Below are positions 1 through 14,454 of a DNA stretch of 64,000 nt, in pieces. The notes below the pieces were generated by a model, which had not been told where the DNA came from, did not search any database, and worked only from the letters and a program-made list of their open reading frames with translations. Every line of letters starts with the position of its first letter. Positions within the stretch are counted from its first letter, which is position 1. The translations under genes were made by a program, and so were the position numbers. This stretch comes from Trichosphaerium sp. ATCC 40318. Its lineage: Eukaryota; Protista; Tubulinea. The stretch spans positions 372,001 to 436,000 of the forward strand of contig JALMLS010000516.1 in the NCBI GenBank assembly GCA_038496445.1. Reading direction: 5' to 3'.

Positions 1-471
1 TTTTTGCTCTTGGTATGAAAATCTCGCGGTTGGCAAGTCCTGGTTGAGGTACAGTATCGTACTCCCACTCCATGAAACTAAACTCTGGACTCCTAAACAA
101 GCTTATCAGTAAAAAGCACAAAAAAAAAAAAAAGAACTTTAATTTATGGCGACAACATTTGTAAATTTCACGTGCCTTTGAACGAACACAGAGCCATTTC
201 GAGCATCCCATATCGGTACTTCAGAATCGTGACCTCCTGCTTCGATTAACAAGACAGTTTTGCCTCTGAGCTTGGAAAGCTGTGATGCTACGATAGAACC
301 CGCTGTACCGCTTCCAACGACAATAAAGTCATAATCTAATAAAGAGTTAACCTTTTTTAATTTTTCCTTTGCCCAAAATAAATAGGTAAGCTTACTTGTT
401 CGAGATACTTTTGTTTCGGCAAATAGAGCCAAGCACGCGATTATTAGAACAAGCACGTGACCAAAATTCAT
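1..471 (-). CDS. GMC (glucose-methanol-choline) oxidoreductase, 5' part; runs off window start
   Basis: Signal-peptide-like MNFGHVLVLIIACLALFA, FAD-binding DYDFIVVGSGTAGS...VLLIEAG, next exon EWEYDTVPQPGLANREIFIPRAK typical of GMC family; GC-AG intron 93-175. Confidence 0.85.
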
Positions 472-952
472 GACAAAAAGTATGAGCAGTTGTTGCTGCC
501 CAAGTTGTGAAGATGGAGAAATATACAAAACGCGAACACAAACTTGATCTGTACAAGTCAGGTATTCTGACTACCATAATTTTCCGTTTCGCCCCTGTTA
601 GCGGTTTCTTTAATACATAAGCAGTCGTTGTTTTTTTTTCTCCCTGTTTGCTGCAGGCTTAGTTTTGCAAAATGTCTACTACCAAGTTAAGACCCAAATT
701 AAACTGCACTCACGTTACAGCCATGGTAGTTATCAAAGAGTGACTTGAGATCCTTTGTGTTTAATAAATGTCACGATATTTCCTAAACGAAGTAGACGGC
801 CGTGGCAATGATCTAGTCTATATTTCGCGTAAAATAAGAAAGTACCAATGGTTTTTTGAAATGTTTTTTTATTTTCCTAACTGCGTGATTATTTTTGTTT
901 TTTGGTTTTGTTCGATTACAATGGCCTCTTTTGCAACGCAATAATACACTGA

Positions 953-3287
953 CTACATATTTAACTGGGTTAAAATATTACACTGCTCCTTTGCTTCTCG
1001 CGACGCTTGTACGACAGCCACGAGCTCTTCCTTTGGACAAGCCTCTCCTATTGAGAGATATTGATGCTAGCAATCCGTTAGAGATTTTTTCTGATATCAC
1101 AAAAATAAAAAAACAAATCTTACCTTTACAAGTACATTTGAGCCTTGGCGTTGAGCTGGCTCTCTTTGGAGGCATTGACCAACAAAATCCTTGAACGCAG
1201 CACTCCACAACTGAGGTTGTTTGAGACCAGGGATACCCTTTGTTGTAATCAAGAAGAGAGCACGCAAAGGAGGATACTCCTACAAAAACTCGTTAAGTAA
1301 ATTATTGCCAAACAACACTACAAACAAACAAAAAAAGATCGCGTGCAAAGTAATAGCGCGTACCATGTATGGTGGTTCTCCCTCAGCCATTTCCATAATC
1401 ATAATACCCAAACTCCATAAATCAACCTTTTGATCGTAATGTTGACCTCTAATGAGCTCAGGCGCCATCCAGTATGGCGTACCAACAATAGTGGTACGTT
1501 TTTGACGCTTTTGCGTGAGCTGTGCAGCGTAACCGAAATCGGCAATCTTAACAGTGCCGTCAGATCCAATAAGGATGTTATCTGACTTTATATCACGATG
1601 GATTCTATGTAAACTGTGAAGGAACAACAATCCTTTCAAGGTCTATAGCAACTTAGTACGAAAACAAAACAAAAGTGTGCGATTAAAAAAAACCCACCTC
1701 GCCAGTTACACGAGCGATTTGTCCTTCTGTCATTTGAACAGCTTCGAATTGTTCGAGAATCTCAGTTAGACAACCGCCGCCCATATATTCCATGACAACC
1801 CACAATTTGTTTTGCAAGAGGTACGACTCTATGAATCGTACAATATTGTCGTGACTACTCGATCGCATAATATCGATCTCGTTAATCAATAGCTTCATGT
1901 TTTGCGTATTTAGAGGCATAACCTTGATAGCAATAGTCGTATTCTCAATAACATCTTCTGCTTCAAATACTTCACCAGCAGCACTAAAAGAAACCAATTA
2001 ACAACATACACAATATTCATGAATAACTACATAATAAATTCAAATTAAAAAATACCCTTCGCCGATCTTCTTTAAGCCTTTGAATCGTTTACGAGGGTCG
2101 TCACGGCATATAAGGTCTTCCAACAAGTTATTAGTCTCTTGTGGAAGTGGTTGTGGCTCGGCCTGAGGAGCTGGGTCCTCTTGACCATTGGGTGTTGCAG
2201 CATATTCCTCATCAACACCAGGTGGTGGTCCAGGGAGCTGACTAGCTTGGTACGTTGTTTGAAACTCTAAAATATCCAATACAGCGTCACTATTCTGCAC
2301 AACTTCATCTTTTGTAATATTTGAGGATAAGAGCAATGCCTCCCATTCTGAAGGCAATCCCTAAAACAAATCATCAGCCAACGCAACGTCATACATATCG
2401 ACAACTTACTCTGAAACCTGTCTTTGAATTGAAATCCACATGAATTTTATGCTTAATGTCAAACGGATTAGAAATCTCTAGCTCGAAGTCTACGCCGCCC
2501 TTACTCTTTTTCTCTAGAATTAATATATCAGATATTTTATCCAACAGATAAAGCGGCAAAAAACCAAAGAGGAAGGAAACAAACGCGCGTAAAAATAAGG
2601 GGTGAAGTGAACGTAGCGTACTTTTTTTAACTTTGCCTGATATTGCTTTACTTGTAAATTTTTTAGTGCTCTTCCAAAACGATTTATTGCGAGGGCCTGT
2701 CGTGCTTGCGCCACTGGATGCCATTGAGGACGTAGTGGATGATTGCATCGTTGGCCCTGTACTGCCAGGGGACGTTGGTTGGATAGGTTGATTGTTCTGT
2801 GGTGAAAGAGTAGGGGATACGCCTAAAGAGGAACTTGTTGGCAACTACGTTTGGTTTTGAATGAAACTACGCCACTTGCTTGCAAAAATAAAGCAAAACG
2901 TCGCGACGAAAGGCGAAACTTGCAACAATTGCGCTTGCGTGTAGTTTTTTAAGTACCTGATGTTGGAGTCGCGGTTGCTGTGGTTGGTCCACCCGTTGAA
3001 GGACCTCTTCGAGGCTTTGGTGGCAAAGGTGGAGGTTGTTGATTTTTTGAGTTGGGTTTAGAGTATGCCTGGCTCAAACGCACACCGGCTAATGGTAAGT
3101 AAGTTTTAAATGATCAGCTCTAAACACTAAAACTCGGCTGGCTCGTATTTTCAATACAGCACGCAGATACAATGAGTGGGCTGTAAATTTAGACGAAATG
3201 TAGAGCGTCTGTGGGTTTTTGCTTCGTAATTGTATACAACATAATACATGGTTAGTACGCACCCTGAGTTTCATCGTTGTAAGACAT
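953..3287 (-). CDS. PAK/Ste20-family Ser/Thr kinase with Pro-rich N-terminus and CRIB domain (multi-exon)
   Basis: [20 protein letters not shown]...[10 protein letters not shown]; kinase motifs [26 protein letters not shown]; start MSYNDETQ inferred via an in-frame splice. Confidence 0.93.
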
Positions 3288-3442
3288 GTTCGTATTTTCC
3301 AATCAAACAAACCAAACTATCTCAGGTACATGAATTGGGCTGTACACGCCCGCGAGGTTATAAATTGTTGGTTCTTTGCAAAAAAACTTACAATAGAGAA
3401 GACCGAAAGTCTAGAATAGTCTTTTCACTTCTAAGCAGCGAC

Positions 3443-4532
<1,090 letters not shown>

Positions 4533-4770
4533 ATTAATAAAATTTTGCGGCAAATGCCGTTTTCTCGTTTAGTGCGTTTGTAATTTCGTCGTGGTTAAAC
4601 AATAAGCGAGGCGTTCGTCACGTAGCGAGAAGTTCGCTTCGCATTCCGAGAAGTTGACTTCGCAGTGGCAAGTGTGTTAAGTTTTGTGCATTGTTGAAAA
4701 ATTGGAGTTTCCAGACGTCTACTTCTGTAAAATCTTAACATAATTATCAACAACCAACACACTACACAAC

Positions 4771-5854
4771 ATGGTACGCCTTCACACTTCATAAACCAAG
4801 CGTTTACGCTGACACTTGTAAAGGCTGACCAAGACACTGAAAAGCACAGAGAACTCTTGTACAAAGGTACTATCACGTTATAACGTCATCTTTCTTACTG
4901 TTGGTAGTTCTTGTAGTCGGAGATATCGGTACTTTCACCTTTTTCACGACAACTGATCCTAACGTGCGCAGGTACTGGCAAAACATCAATTATTAAACGA
5001 TATGTACACGGAATTTTCTCTATGCATTACAAGTCTACGGTACGCTTTATTAACGCGCTTATACGCCTTACGTACATACTCTGACGTCATTTAGATTGGT
5101 GTAGATTTCGCTCTTAAGGTGATGAACTGGGACACCGCCACTACTGTAAGACTACAACTTTGGGATATTGTACGTAGCTTGAGTACTTAAATTTAAATTG
5201 CGACAACTTTTTTTTTTGTAGAACTCTTAGCTGACTTCACTTTTCTTCTTGTAGGCGGGCCAAGAGCGTTTTGGTAACATGACCCGGGTACGCGTAAAAA
5301 ATTAAGCACAAGTAGTCAATTCTTATTTTACCGCTAGGTGTATTACAAAGAAGCAGTAGGCGCCATGGTAGTATTCGATGTTACTCGTGTCTCTACCTTC
5401 GAGGTACATTTTATTTCAAATTAGTTAAAACAATTTTTTTGCTATTACTGCTTCTGATAGTCGTTTTAGGCCGTTCAAAAGTGGAAGAGCGACATCGACA
5501 TGAAAGTAACCATTCCTGGTACAGACAAGCCTATCCCTGTAGTACTTCTTGCAAATAAGGTACGAAATGCTCCTTTTTTTTTTTTTTTGGGTCTCGTTTG
5601 ACATTTAATAGATCGATCTCGCAAAGGACGGTTTCACCAAAAACAAAGAACAAATGGACAAGTTTTGTGAAGAGAACGGGTTCTGCGGGTGGTTCGAAAC
5701 ATCTGCTAAGGAGAATGTAAACATCGATAAAGCTTCTCACTTCCTTGTAAAAAACATTCTTGAGAAGGTTACACAACAAGAGGAAACAAAGCCAAAAGAC
5801 ACACTTGATCTCAATGAGCAGAATCGAGAAGAATCTGGTGGTTGCAAATGCTAG
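4771..5854 (+). CDS. RAB32: Rab32/Rab38-subfamily GTPase
   Basis: [34 protein letters not shown], diagnostic WDIAGQERFGNMTRVYYKEA, ETSAK, C-terminal CKC; first coding exon is only ATG. Confidence 0.93.
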
Positions 5855-6124
5855 ACAATCCTGTAAATTATGTGTAGGCGGTAACCAAGTCTATTTTATC
5901 TAATTTTTTCTAAATAAACCCTTTTGACATTTGACTTGTGGTCGTTGCTTCGTTTCGTTGTGTACGCGTAACGCGTTCGCACACGGTCAATACGTGTAAA
6001 TCTAGTCCACGCTTTTAAGTCAAAAAAACGTACTTTGAACCCACGAATTCCACTCGACAACTTCTCCTTTACTTCCAACAAACGCTACAGCGAGCTTTTC
6101 CCACATACCGCTTGATACAATAAA

Positions 6125-6900
6125 ATGACTCAAAACCGGCGTAGACAGAAAGCTGATGTTATGAAATTGTGCGTGTTAGGTGTAATTAGTGCTTTTGATG
6201 CTAATGTCCGGGTCAAAGGCTGATGAGCAACTACGAGGTCGATGTAGAAGGAGATCAGTACACCACGTTAACAGTGTACTTCCCTGGACCCGCTGATAGC
6301 AAGTGAAGCCGTTTTGTAACGTCAGTTTAACGAATTACAGGTCCATACGACGGTGGCGTGTGGAGAGTTCGCGTAAACATCCCACCAGCTTATCCTTACA
6401 AGTCTCCAAGCATTGGGTTTCTAAACAGGATTTATCACCCCAACGTTGATGAAACGTACAATCTTTGCTGTTAGTATGTAAACACTCCCTCACGTGGTTT
6501 TAGATCCGGCTCCGTTTGTTTAGACGTTATTAATCAGACTTGGAGTCCAATGTTTGGTATGTTTTGGTTTTTTGTTATTTACAAGCAAAAAGCAGCCTTC
6601 AAGCCTAACTTTTGTTTAGATCTCGTTAACATTTTTGATGTATTTCTCCCACAACTTTTGTTGTACCCAAATGCATCTGACCCTCTTAATGGAGATGCTG
6701 CAGCGCTTTACATGCGGAGCCAAGAAGCTTACCAACGAAAAGTTCTAGACTACGTCAAAAAATACGCACTATCCAAAGATCCCTCCGCTCAGCAAAGTAC
6801 CTCTCCAGACACCTGCGCAAGCGATGATTGCGATGAAGATAGCTTGAGCTCATTAGAGAGCGACGGATCTGATATGTCTGACGATGATATCTTCGGCTGA
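6125..6900 (+). CDS. UBE2H: Ubiquitin-conjugating enzyme E2, UBE2H/Ubc8 type, acidic tail
   Basis: [61 protein letters not shown]. Confidence 0.92.
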
Positions 6901-7143
6901 AGCATCCATTGCTAGGAGAAAACAAAAAAGTGACTTTTCTGCGTGGTAGCTTTTTTTTTGTACATAGAACTACATCTTGTAAATATTAGTATGTTGTAGA
7001 AGCATTTATTCTTGATATTATTGAGGCTCTTTGTGAGAACATACACGTAATTCAAAACACGATACACGTTTATTTGCATGCTATTATACTTGGTGAATGT
7101 GAGGCGCTGCAGCAGGGAGATTGTCTTCAGTGAAGCGCAGAGA

Positions 7144-8469
7144 TTACTTTTTGTTGTACGATTCAAGGTATTCTTGTTTCAATCCAAGAACATTAATGGG
7201 CTCACTACTGAACGTGATATTGTACCTACATATTTGTTAGTGCTAAATCAACGTTTAGTTAGTGTCGACGTTTCGTATTTAGCGGCTGAGAAAGTATCTC
7301 TGCATTCCTCCTCGAACTAAATCAAAAGGTGAGTGGACAGCTTTAAGCTTTAAAGGTTCGGCACCTCCATTGGGTTTTTTTTGAGCCAGTGCATTGTATA
7401 AATCAAGGCGATCATAGGGCGTATTCTAGTTGATGGATTGTTCCTTCCTCTGGTGAACCATTAGTATCATAATATGTTAGCTCTTTAGGGATGCCTGTGC
7501 CATAGTCTGTCGTCTCGAATAAGTACAGAGCCTTTCTTCATGTTCACCCGAAATCTAGTCATTCCTTCATAGCCACTAACTACTCGATACTCTTCATCCA
7601 ACTCTGGACCTTTTGTGAGTTAGGTAAGCCAGGTGTAGAGCGATATGGAGACTTGCTTGTAACTGTATGAGATCCTACGCGTAGTTGTTAGTTTGGTGAG
7701 TAAACAAGGCCACTCTGATTACCTGGTATCACTTCCAGACTTCCATTATCTTCGTTCACATCTTCAAAGGCATAATTTACAATCATTTGCGCTGGTGGAC
7801 TTGCAGCGTAGTTTCCATAGTACTTTTGAAAACGTGATTAAATGCTCAAGTGTAACTGCCGTACTTTCCACAGGTGGGCTGCGTCAGTGTGTAGAGGTTG
7901 ATCATCGCTGCTTGGTGTATTGGTATTACCGCTATAGAACGTCAACGAATACCCTGCGGAAAGTGAGATGTCTCAAATACTTGGGCTTTATTACCTTTAC
8001 CAATAGTGCTTTCGAGCACTTGGTGGACGTATTCGTTTGCAACAACCTCTTCAAATACAAATGGTCCTGACTTGGGCGGTATATGTTGCACATGTCCCTT
8101 ACTGTAATTGAATTGAGGATCACCGTGCTTCATGAGCACATCAAAATCCTACTCGAGTTCAATAAAAGCACGTGACCGTTTGACAAATAACGTTGGCTTC
8201 AATCGAACCTTGTGCAATTTGGCAGTCAAAGTGTCACAAATGGAATCAGGCACAGCGTGTTCTAGCACTACAAAACCTTCTTGGCTCAACAAGTGACCTA
8301 TACATTTCGTGACGTTCAATTAATTTCTACTTTTTTTTACAAGTCGTTGTGTGGCCAAATTTGTTGGCGTAACACGCTGTTTTGTACGCGAATTAAACGT
8401 ACCTAAGTGTGCCATGTCGAGCGGTTGCTTACAAGATACATAGTGGTTGATTGGGTTCTGCTTTGACAT
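7144..8469 (-). CDS. PhyH-like Fe(II)/2-oxoglutarate dioxygenase (alternative start 8415)
   Basis: QEGFVVLEHAVP, GNTNTPSSDDQPLHTD (HxD), NGSLEVIPG, KKGSVLIRDDRLWHRG, RPMIAL. Confidence 0.8.
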
Positions 8470-8553
8470 TAAAGCGTAGAAAACTGTTTTTGAAGTGTAA
8501 AGAGTTTTGTTGACTTTTTCAGCGTGTTTTATTCTCGGCTACGCACCGCAAGG

Positions 8554-9875
8554 ATGAACGACGGCTTCGTGTTTGTAGATAAAGTAACGTTTAATAAATT
8601 TAAACAAAATGAAAGCGTAATTGGCTATTACACAAGCAGATACAAGCACTCTACGCGAGAGACATGGCTTGAGCGCATAGAGAACGGCCAAATCAAATTG
8701 AGTATGTCAAAAAACTATTATCGTGCGAAAACTACTTATGCATCACAGATAGCGTTGTAGTAACAGATCCTGACCAATTGCTGCAAATAAATTGCATACT
8801 TGAATACCACCGCAGCCCATGGGTAGAACCACCAGTTCCAATGGACTTTACAATTCTATATGATGACGCTGACGTATGACAGATTACAATGTTGCTCAAA
8901 ATAACAGTGACGGTTTTTTTAGTTTGTGGTAGTAAACAAGCCACCTGGTCTACCAGTGCTACAACAAACACTCTTTTACAAACACACGCTATTGTACCTT
9001 ATACGGGAGCATATAAACAACAGCTACACCTCTCCAGTACACCGGCTAGGTAAGTGCAATATCAAGTATGCTTGCTATCGTTTATTGTAGGACGAGGAAC
9101 TTCAGGAACAAGTACGCAAAGGTATGATTTAATTTGTCACTGACCGCGCACGTGCGTAGTTGTTTTCAGTAAGCATAAACGTGCACATGCAGCATTGTGC
9201 AAGTCTTTTCGTGATCGCACTATTACCAAAATATACTTGGCACGTGTACAAGGCAAGTCACTATTCTGTTTGTCAATAGTACTCTTTTTACTAATTCTAC
9301 TTTGTAGGTATCGTCGAAAAGGATGTGATACAAGTGACACAACCCATTGGACAAATACCTTTTTCTGCTTGCAACTCAGGTTCCCTCTGGGTTGCACTTG
9401 ATACTGGTAAACCTTCATCATCCACAGTAAAAGTGATCAAACGGTTAGAAGAGGATAATATGACGCTTGTACGGCATCCCACAGTTGACAAGCAAACTGG
9501 AAGAAACTAACATGGTGGTGTTTTAGGTTCAAGTACAAATACAGACTGGTAGAGCGCATCAAATCAGAATACACTCGGCGTTTATTGGACATCCACTTGT
9601 GGGTGATCCTTTATACGCTCCGGGAGGCTTACCAAAGGAAAATCCAGTAATCGTAGATAATGGTGAGCCGCAATTAATTCCGTTTTTCGATTACTAGGAT
9701 TCACTTTGTTTTAGGCGTAACACGAACTGTTGTACCTGGTGATTGTGGTTATGATTTACATTCGTGGTACATCTGTTTCAGTCACCCTAGTACAAACGAA
9801 AACGTCAGTTTTATAGCGCCACCACCCGCTGTGTATTGTAAGTATGGTATAACATTAAAACCAGACACAACTTGA
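8554..9875 (+). CDS. RluA-family RNA pseudouridine synthase-like protein (HRLG variant)
   Basis: [68 protein letters not shown]. Confidence 0.9.
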
Positions 9876-10168
9876 AGAAACAACATATCAATTGAAAAGT
9901 ATTCGCGAATTGAGGAGGACACTTGACACATTTTACACATATCACCTCAGATACCTTTCCATTACTGAATTGGCTTAACTGGAGAAGCTAATTGCTTTTC
10001 CGCTAAATTGATAAAGTCACTAATTTTTACTATTTCGCTAATCAAACATGTGACCAATTTGCCCACCGAAAATATTTCACTGAACAACTGACGGTTTAAA
10101 ACCGTTAAAACCACACCACCATAAACAACATAGCTCCGACATACTGCACTGTTCTTAGTAGCGTCAAA

Positions 10169-10510
10169 ATGGTATTTGGGTGTTCTTTGTTCAAACACAG
10201 CAAGGTAGCATTCATATTCTGTTGGATAGCCTTGATTTTGTCCCTGGGATCCATAAATTGCCTGTGCTTGCTTATTGAATACATTATTTTACGAGGGCGT
10301 ATAAATGAGGAAGGTCACCATGGTTGGAACTCCTTGATCGCAATAACCTATCTGATAGGCATCATACCGCCTTTCGGGCTACCAGCCCTATATTTAGTCT
10401 ACAGCCCATGCTTCAACAACGATTCCGAGGTGTGTTGGTCCGATATAGAAGATGCCTATCACGCCTCTTTCCTATTAGGAACACCTTGTGATGAATTGAA
10501 ATGGTACTGA
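10169..10510 (+). CDS. Small intronless hydrophobic (about 2-TM) hypothetical protein
   Basis: 113-aa ATG-initiated ORF with two hydrophobic segments, filling the gap between RluA and the convergent TBC gene; AATAAA-like signal near 10592; no family recognised. Confidence 0.45.
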   Translation: MVFGCSLFKHSKVAFIFCWIALILSLGSINCLCLLIEYIILRGRINEEGHHGWNSLIAITYLIGIIPPFGLPALYLVYSPCFNNDSEVCWSDIEDAYHASFLLGTPCDELKWY

Positions 10511-10653
10511 TAGATACAAGATAGTATGGCACAATGAGACCTTCTTCTACTCTTTTTTTTTTAATATGTACATGTACGCTATTATCTTAATAATAAAATA
10601 TTGAAAACAATCCAAATACAACAAAGAAAGCTCTTTCTTGAGTTTTTTTTTTC

Positions 10654-13600
10654 TTAATCATTTTCGTTATTAATATCGCTCAAAAAGTTGGCTATGTAGG
10701 CAGGGCATTCCATGTCTTCAATACCTGTAAATAATTTTTCTTCTGTAATATCTGAAGGCAGGTTCCTTAGCATGAGTACACACTCCTCAAATCCTGTGCG
10801 TATAAGAACCTTGTGATTGGCTTTGAGAATGCCGAGAGCAGTGCGGTAGAGAAAGACTTCTCCCTCCATCATAAAATTGTCCCAAACACGGCCAGCTATA
10901 CGCAAAGGCAGTGCGCGACTGAATCCAGTTAAAAACCTATAATTGAAGTGAGGATGGCTTATGAAAGACAATAATCTTTATGTAAAAGAAGGAGTGGTAC
11001 TGTACCAATCAAGCAAGTATTGTTCAGGTGAAATTGCTAGTTTTTTGAAATGTTCATACAGTGTTGGTAGATGCTTGTAGAACAGCAACTCATACACTTT
11101 CACGTGTCTCAATATCTATATAAACATTAAATTGATCTGTGATTTTCCTCTAGTCTGTGAGCGTACCTGCTTAACGTCCATTTTGAACAATGACATGAAA
11201 AAATGATTGTTAACCAAGTTGCAAAATGTCTGGAACGTTTCATATGGTTCCCTAATTGGTTGTTAATTAACACCACAACGTTATACACAAAACACGTACA
11301 TATATAGGGTTATCATCCCCGCTAGGTAACTCATACCTTGCACATAACCAACGTCTGGCCTATTGAACGCACGTGTAAGTTCATTAATTGTAATACCGTT
11401 TTTATGGGTTTTTTTTAAATCAAGGTGGGATGCTGACCTGTAGGCCGCGTATGTCTCGAGCACCGCTGTCAGTTTTTCGCATAGAGGACCACCAGTTTTA
11501 TATAAGTTAGTGGAAGGGAATGTACGTGGTACATCCACCTCTATAAGGCGACGTGTTGTTTGTTCGCCTACAGAGAATCAAAACATTGTTCGTGCCAGGA
11601 GTCAAGGATATGGATGGATGGTACCTTTCTTATGTGCTATTGGATCAAACACTTTTGATGCATGAATAGCTTGTTTGTGAAAAATATTGTATAACTTGGG
11701 TGTTATCCGCAAAGAATTACCTACTGAGTGCATCCAGACCTGACCTCTAACAGATGGTGGTACCTTCAAACCTGATTAGGAAAAAAAACAACATATTGTT
11801 TGGGTGTCTTACGCCTTGATAATACAGGTACTTTATCTTGACTTTGCTTCTGTTCCACATAATGTATAAGTAATACAAGGTAAAAACTGTAGGTGACGCA
11901 CATTTGATCCCACCTGGGCAGTATGTCGTCTATCCATGCTGATTCTAAATTTTCTACTTGGCGTCGTTGTAGTCTCATTGCTTTATCTCCTTTTGACTGC
12001 TTGCGCATAGATCTGGATCGCTTCTCCTTGACATGTGGCCCTCCAGTTATCTGATTCAAAAGCATTTTTACATGCTGTGAAGCTTTGCGTGGTCTAGCCG
12101 GCTCAACCTGAGTTTGTTCAGGCTCTTTGCTGACTTTGGTCCACTCTGCTTCTTCTTTTGCAAATGCTTCTTGTCCGTCACCCGAAGGTCTATGTGTTGG
12201 CGCCTATCAACGTGATTAACACCAACGCTTATAGAAACCAGAAATAGGTTGGGTGTACGTCAACGTCTGGACCCAAGTCAACTTGAACAGTAGACATTGA
12301 GTATTTATAAGCATCCAATCGCTCACGGAAACTGTCCAATTCCTGTTGTAGCAACGACCTCCTTGTAGATGTTGGTGCGGATGGTTGGTCTACTAGCTTT
12401 CCCACTAGTGCTAACGAATTCCAATATCCACAAGTAACTTTAAAATAGGTAAGCAACGTCGCAACAGAGGAGATAGTATAGTATACAACCGACAAACTTG
12501 TTTTTAATTATCCCAAGTGAGTGCATACCTTTTATAGTATTTTTGCCAGCCAATGCTTCTAGTGGTGCCGGAATCAGCTGTTTAGGCGCGTCAGCCTGTG
12601 CCACGTATTCTTGATACCGTTTGAGTCCCCAAATCATAGCCACTCCGTCAGAAACACATGCTGACTGAAAAGCCTATACAGGTTTGTTAGCACGTGATCT
12701 GTATATATTTGCGAGAGGTGGTCTTACCCCAGCTGCAATCGCCGTTATTTTTTGACTACCTAGAGTACTTTGTATAAGCGTAGGTACATATCGTGTTTCT
12801 GTATCACCATGGCCAAGTTGGCCATAAGCGTTCCAGCCCCCTAAGCAAGAGTGTCAATGTTGTTGTAATCAAACCGAGAAAATTGAAGTATTCTATTGGT
12901 ACATGAGAAAAGCTGTCTTGGTGTTGTTAACGCCAAAGAGTGGTACGATCCACCTGCAATACGAACAACTGGTGGCAGTGATTCTACTAAAGTAGGCTTC
13001 ATCTACATAAAGGGTAAGGTTAGAAGGCACGAAAATATAGTGTGTTGGTGACAGCACCTTATCCTTATCGTCGCCCAGACCAAGGAGACCATCTCGCCCT
13101 TTTCCAAATGTCCAAAGTCTCCCCTGCATGTCAACGAGCATGGAATGACTGACTCCACACCCAACCAATTTAAATAGTATATCTAACAGCACAATTAAAA
13201 ACAGTGATTAACACGTGTAAAAGGAAGACCTGTATTGTCATCCATCTCAATAAGAGTTGGATGTGCAATGTTTTGTTCATCACCAAGTCCTAGTCTACCA
13301 TTGGATCCTAGACCCCAAGAATATACTGAACCATCCTCTAAAACGTGATAAAATTTAGGAGAATTATATGACACGTGTTATTAGCATACTTGTTCTTGCT
13401 AAGGCATGTGAAGCGCCACTGGCAATTTCGACTATTTGTGATAGTGATAATATTTGTCTTGGGACCTATTACAATATTCTTAGCTCAAAACAGTGTGGTC
13501 AGGGTTGGAAATACCGCTTGAAAGGTGTCAAAATTGCCGCCACCCAGCTGCCCGTCAGGTGAGCCTCCCCAGGAGTAAACAGTGCCATCGCTATCACAAT

Positions 13601-14123
13601 GTTGTTAAAACCTTTCAAACCAGTCAAGTCACTTTACCTAGCAAGACACAACGAGTGTTCGGATCCCAAAGCTACAGCTGTGAATGATTTCTCCTGTAGT
13701 GCCTTTTTTTCTCAAATCACATTACTTGTCAAAACTACTTTTAGATCTTCTGTGTACCTTTGCGACAATTAACGTTTTAATGAGGCAGGGCACCGCGCGA
13801 TCTCTAGCATCACCATGTCCAAGCTGACCAGACCAATTCCATCCCCATGAATACAAATCGCCGTCACCTCAACGGTATGTCAATTATGGAATGTAATAAG
13901 ACGCATCGCACGAGTAATAGCCATAGCGTGTTTATTGCCCATCGCAATATCGACAATATCTTTGTCTTTAAAGTATTCTAGCGCTGTAGGCTCTTCTATA
14001 TCTTCTGTCTCGTCTCCCAGCCCGATACATCCTTTTTTTGTTAAATCAGTACAAACCTTGTTACATACCATCTCCAGCTTTTCCCCATGCGTAAACAACC
14101 CATGGGAAGGTTTGCTCGGTCAT
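10654..14123 (-). CDS. RCC1-repeat plus TBC (Rab-GAP, TBC1D12/14-like) protein
   Basis: Repeated SWGWNWSGQLGHGD / GWNAYGQLGHGD RCC1 blades; IPPSVRGQVW, IEVDVPRTFP, RPDVGYVQGMSY, RVWDNFMMEGE. Confidence 0.88.
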
Positions 14124-14454
14124 TTTACAATGTGAAACTCCTATTTAGCGTGACATTCATTCAATTTTCACTAATTGTACTCTTTAGAGCCTTTTAACAC
14201 TTGGTACAGAAAAAGGGAAAAAACGGTGTGCCGTGACTTAATTGGCACGCTCTAGAAAAAAAAGGGAAAAAAAAAGCACACTGAGAAAAGGTATGCATTG
14301 GCATCCGGATGATTTTGTACTAACAAATAGAACTTGTCAAATGAAACACTGTTGATTTTTTTTTTACAATAGACTGTCGAGCACCACTACTATCTGTGCA
14401 AGCAACAACACAAAAATAGGTGCAAAAGATTGGAAACAAATGTAAGTCCTTAGC

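Noticed and set aside
5685-5705. tRNA T-loop-like GGTTCGAAAC
   Set aside because: It lies in Rab32 coding sequence (GWFETSAK) and has no cloverleaf
11568-11625. U12-type intron (ATATCCTTGAC on the minus strand)
   Set aside because: The motif is internal to an intron with an ordinary GTACCA donor; no U12 donor at an exon boundary
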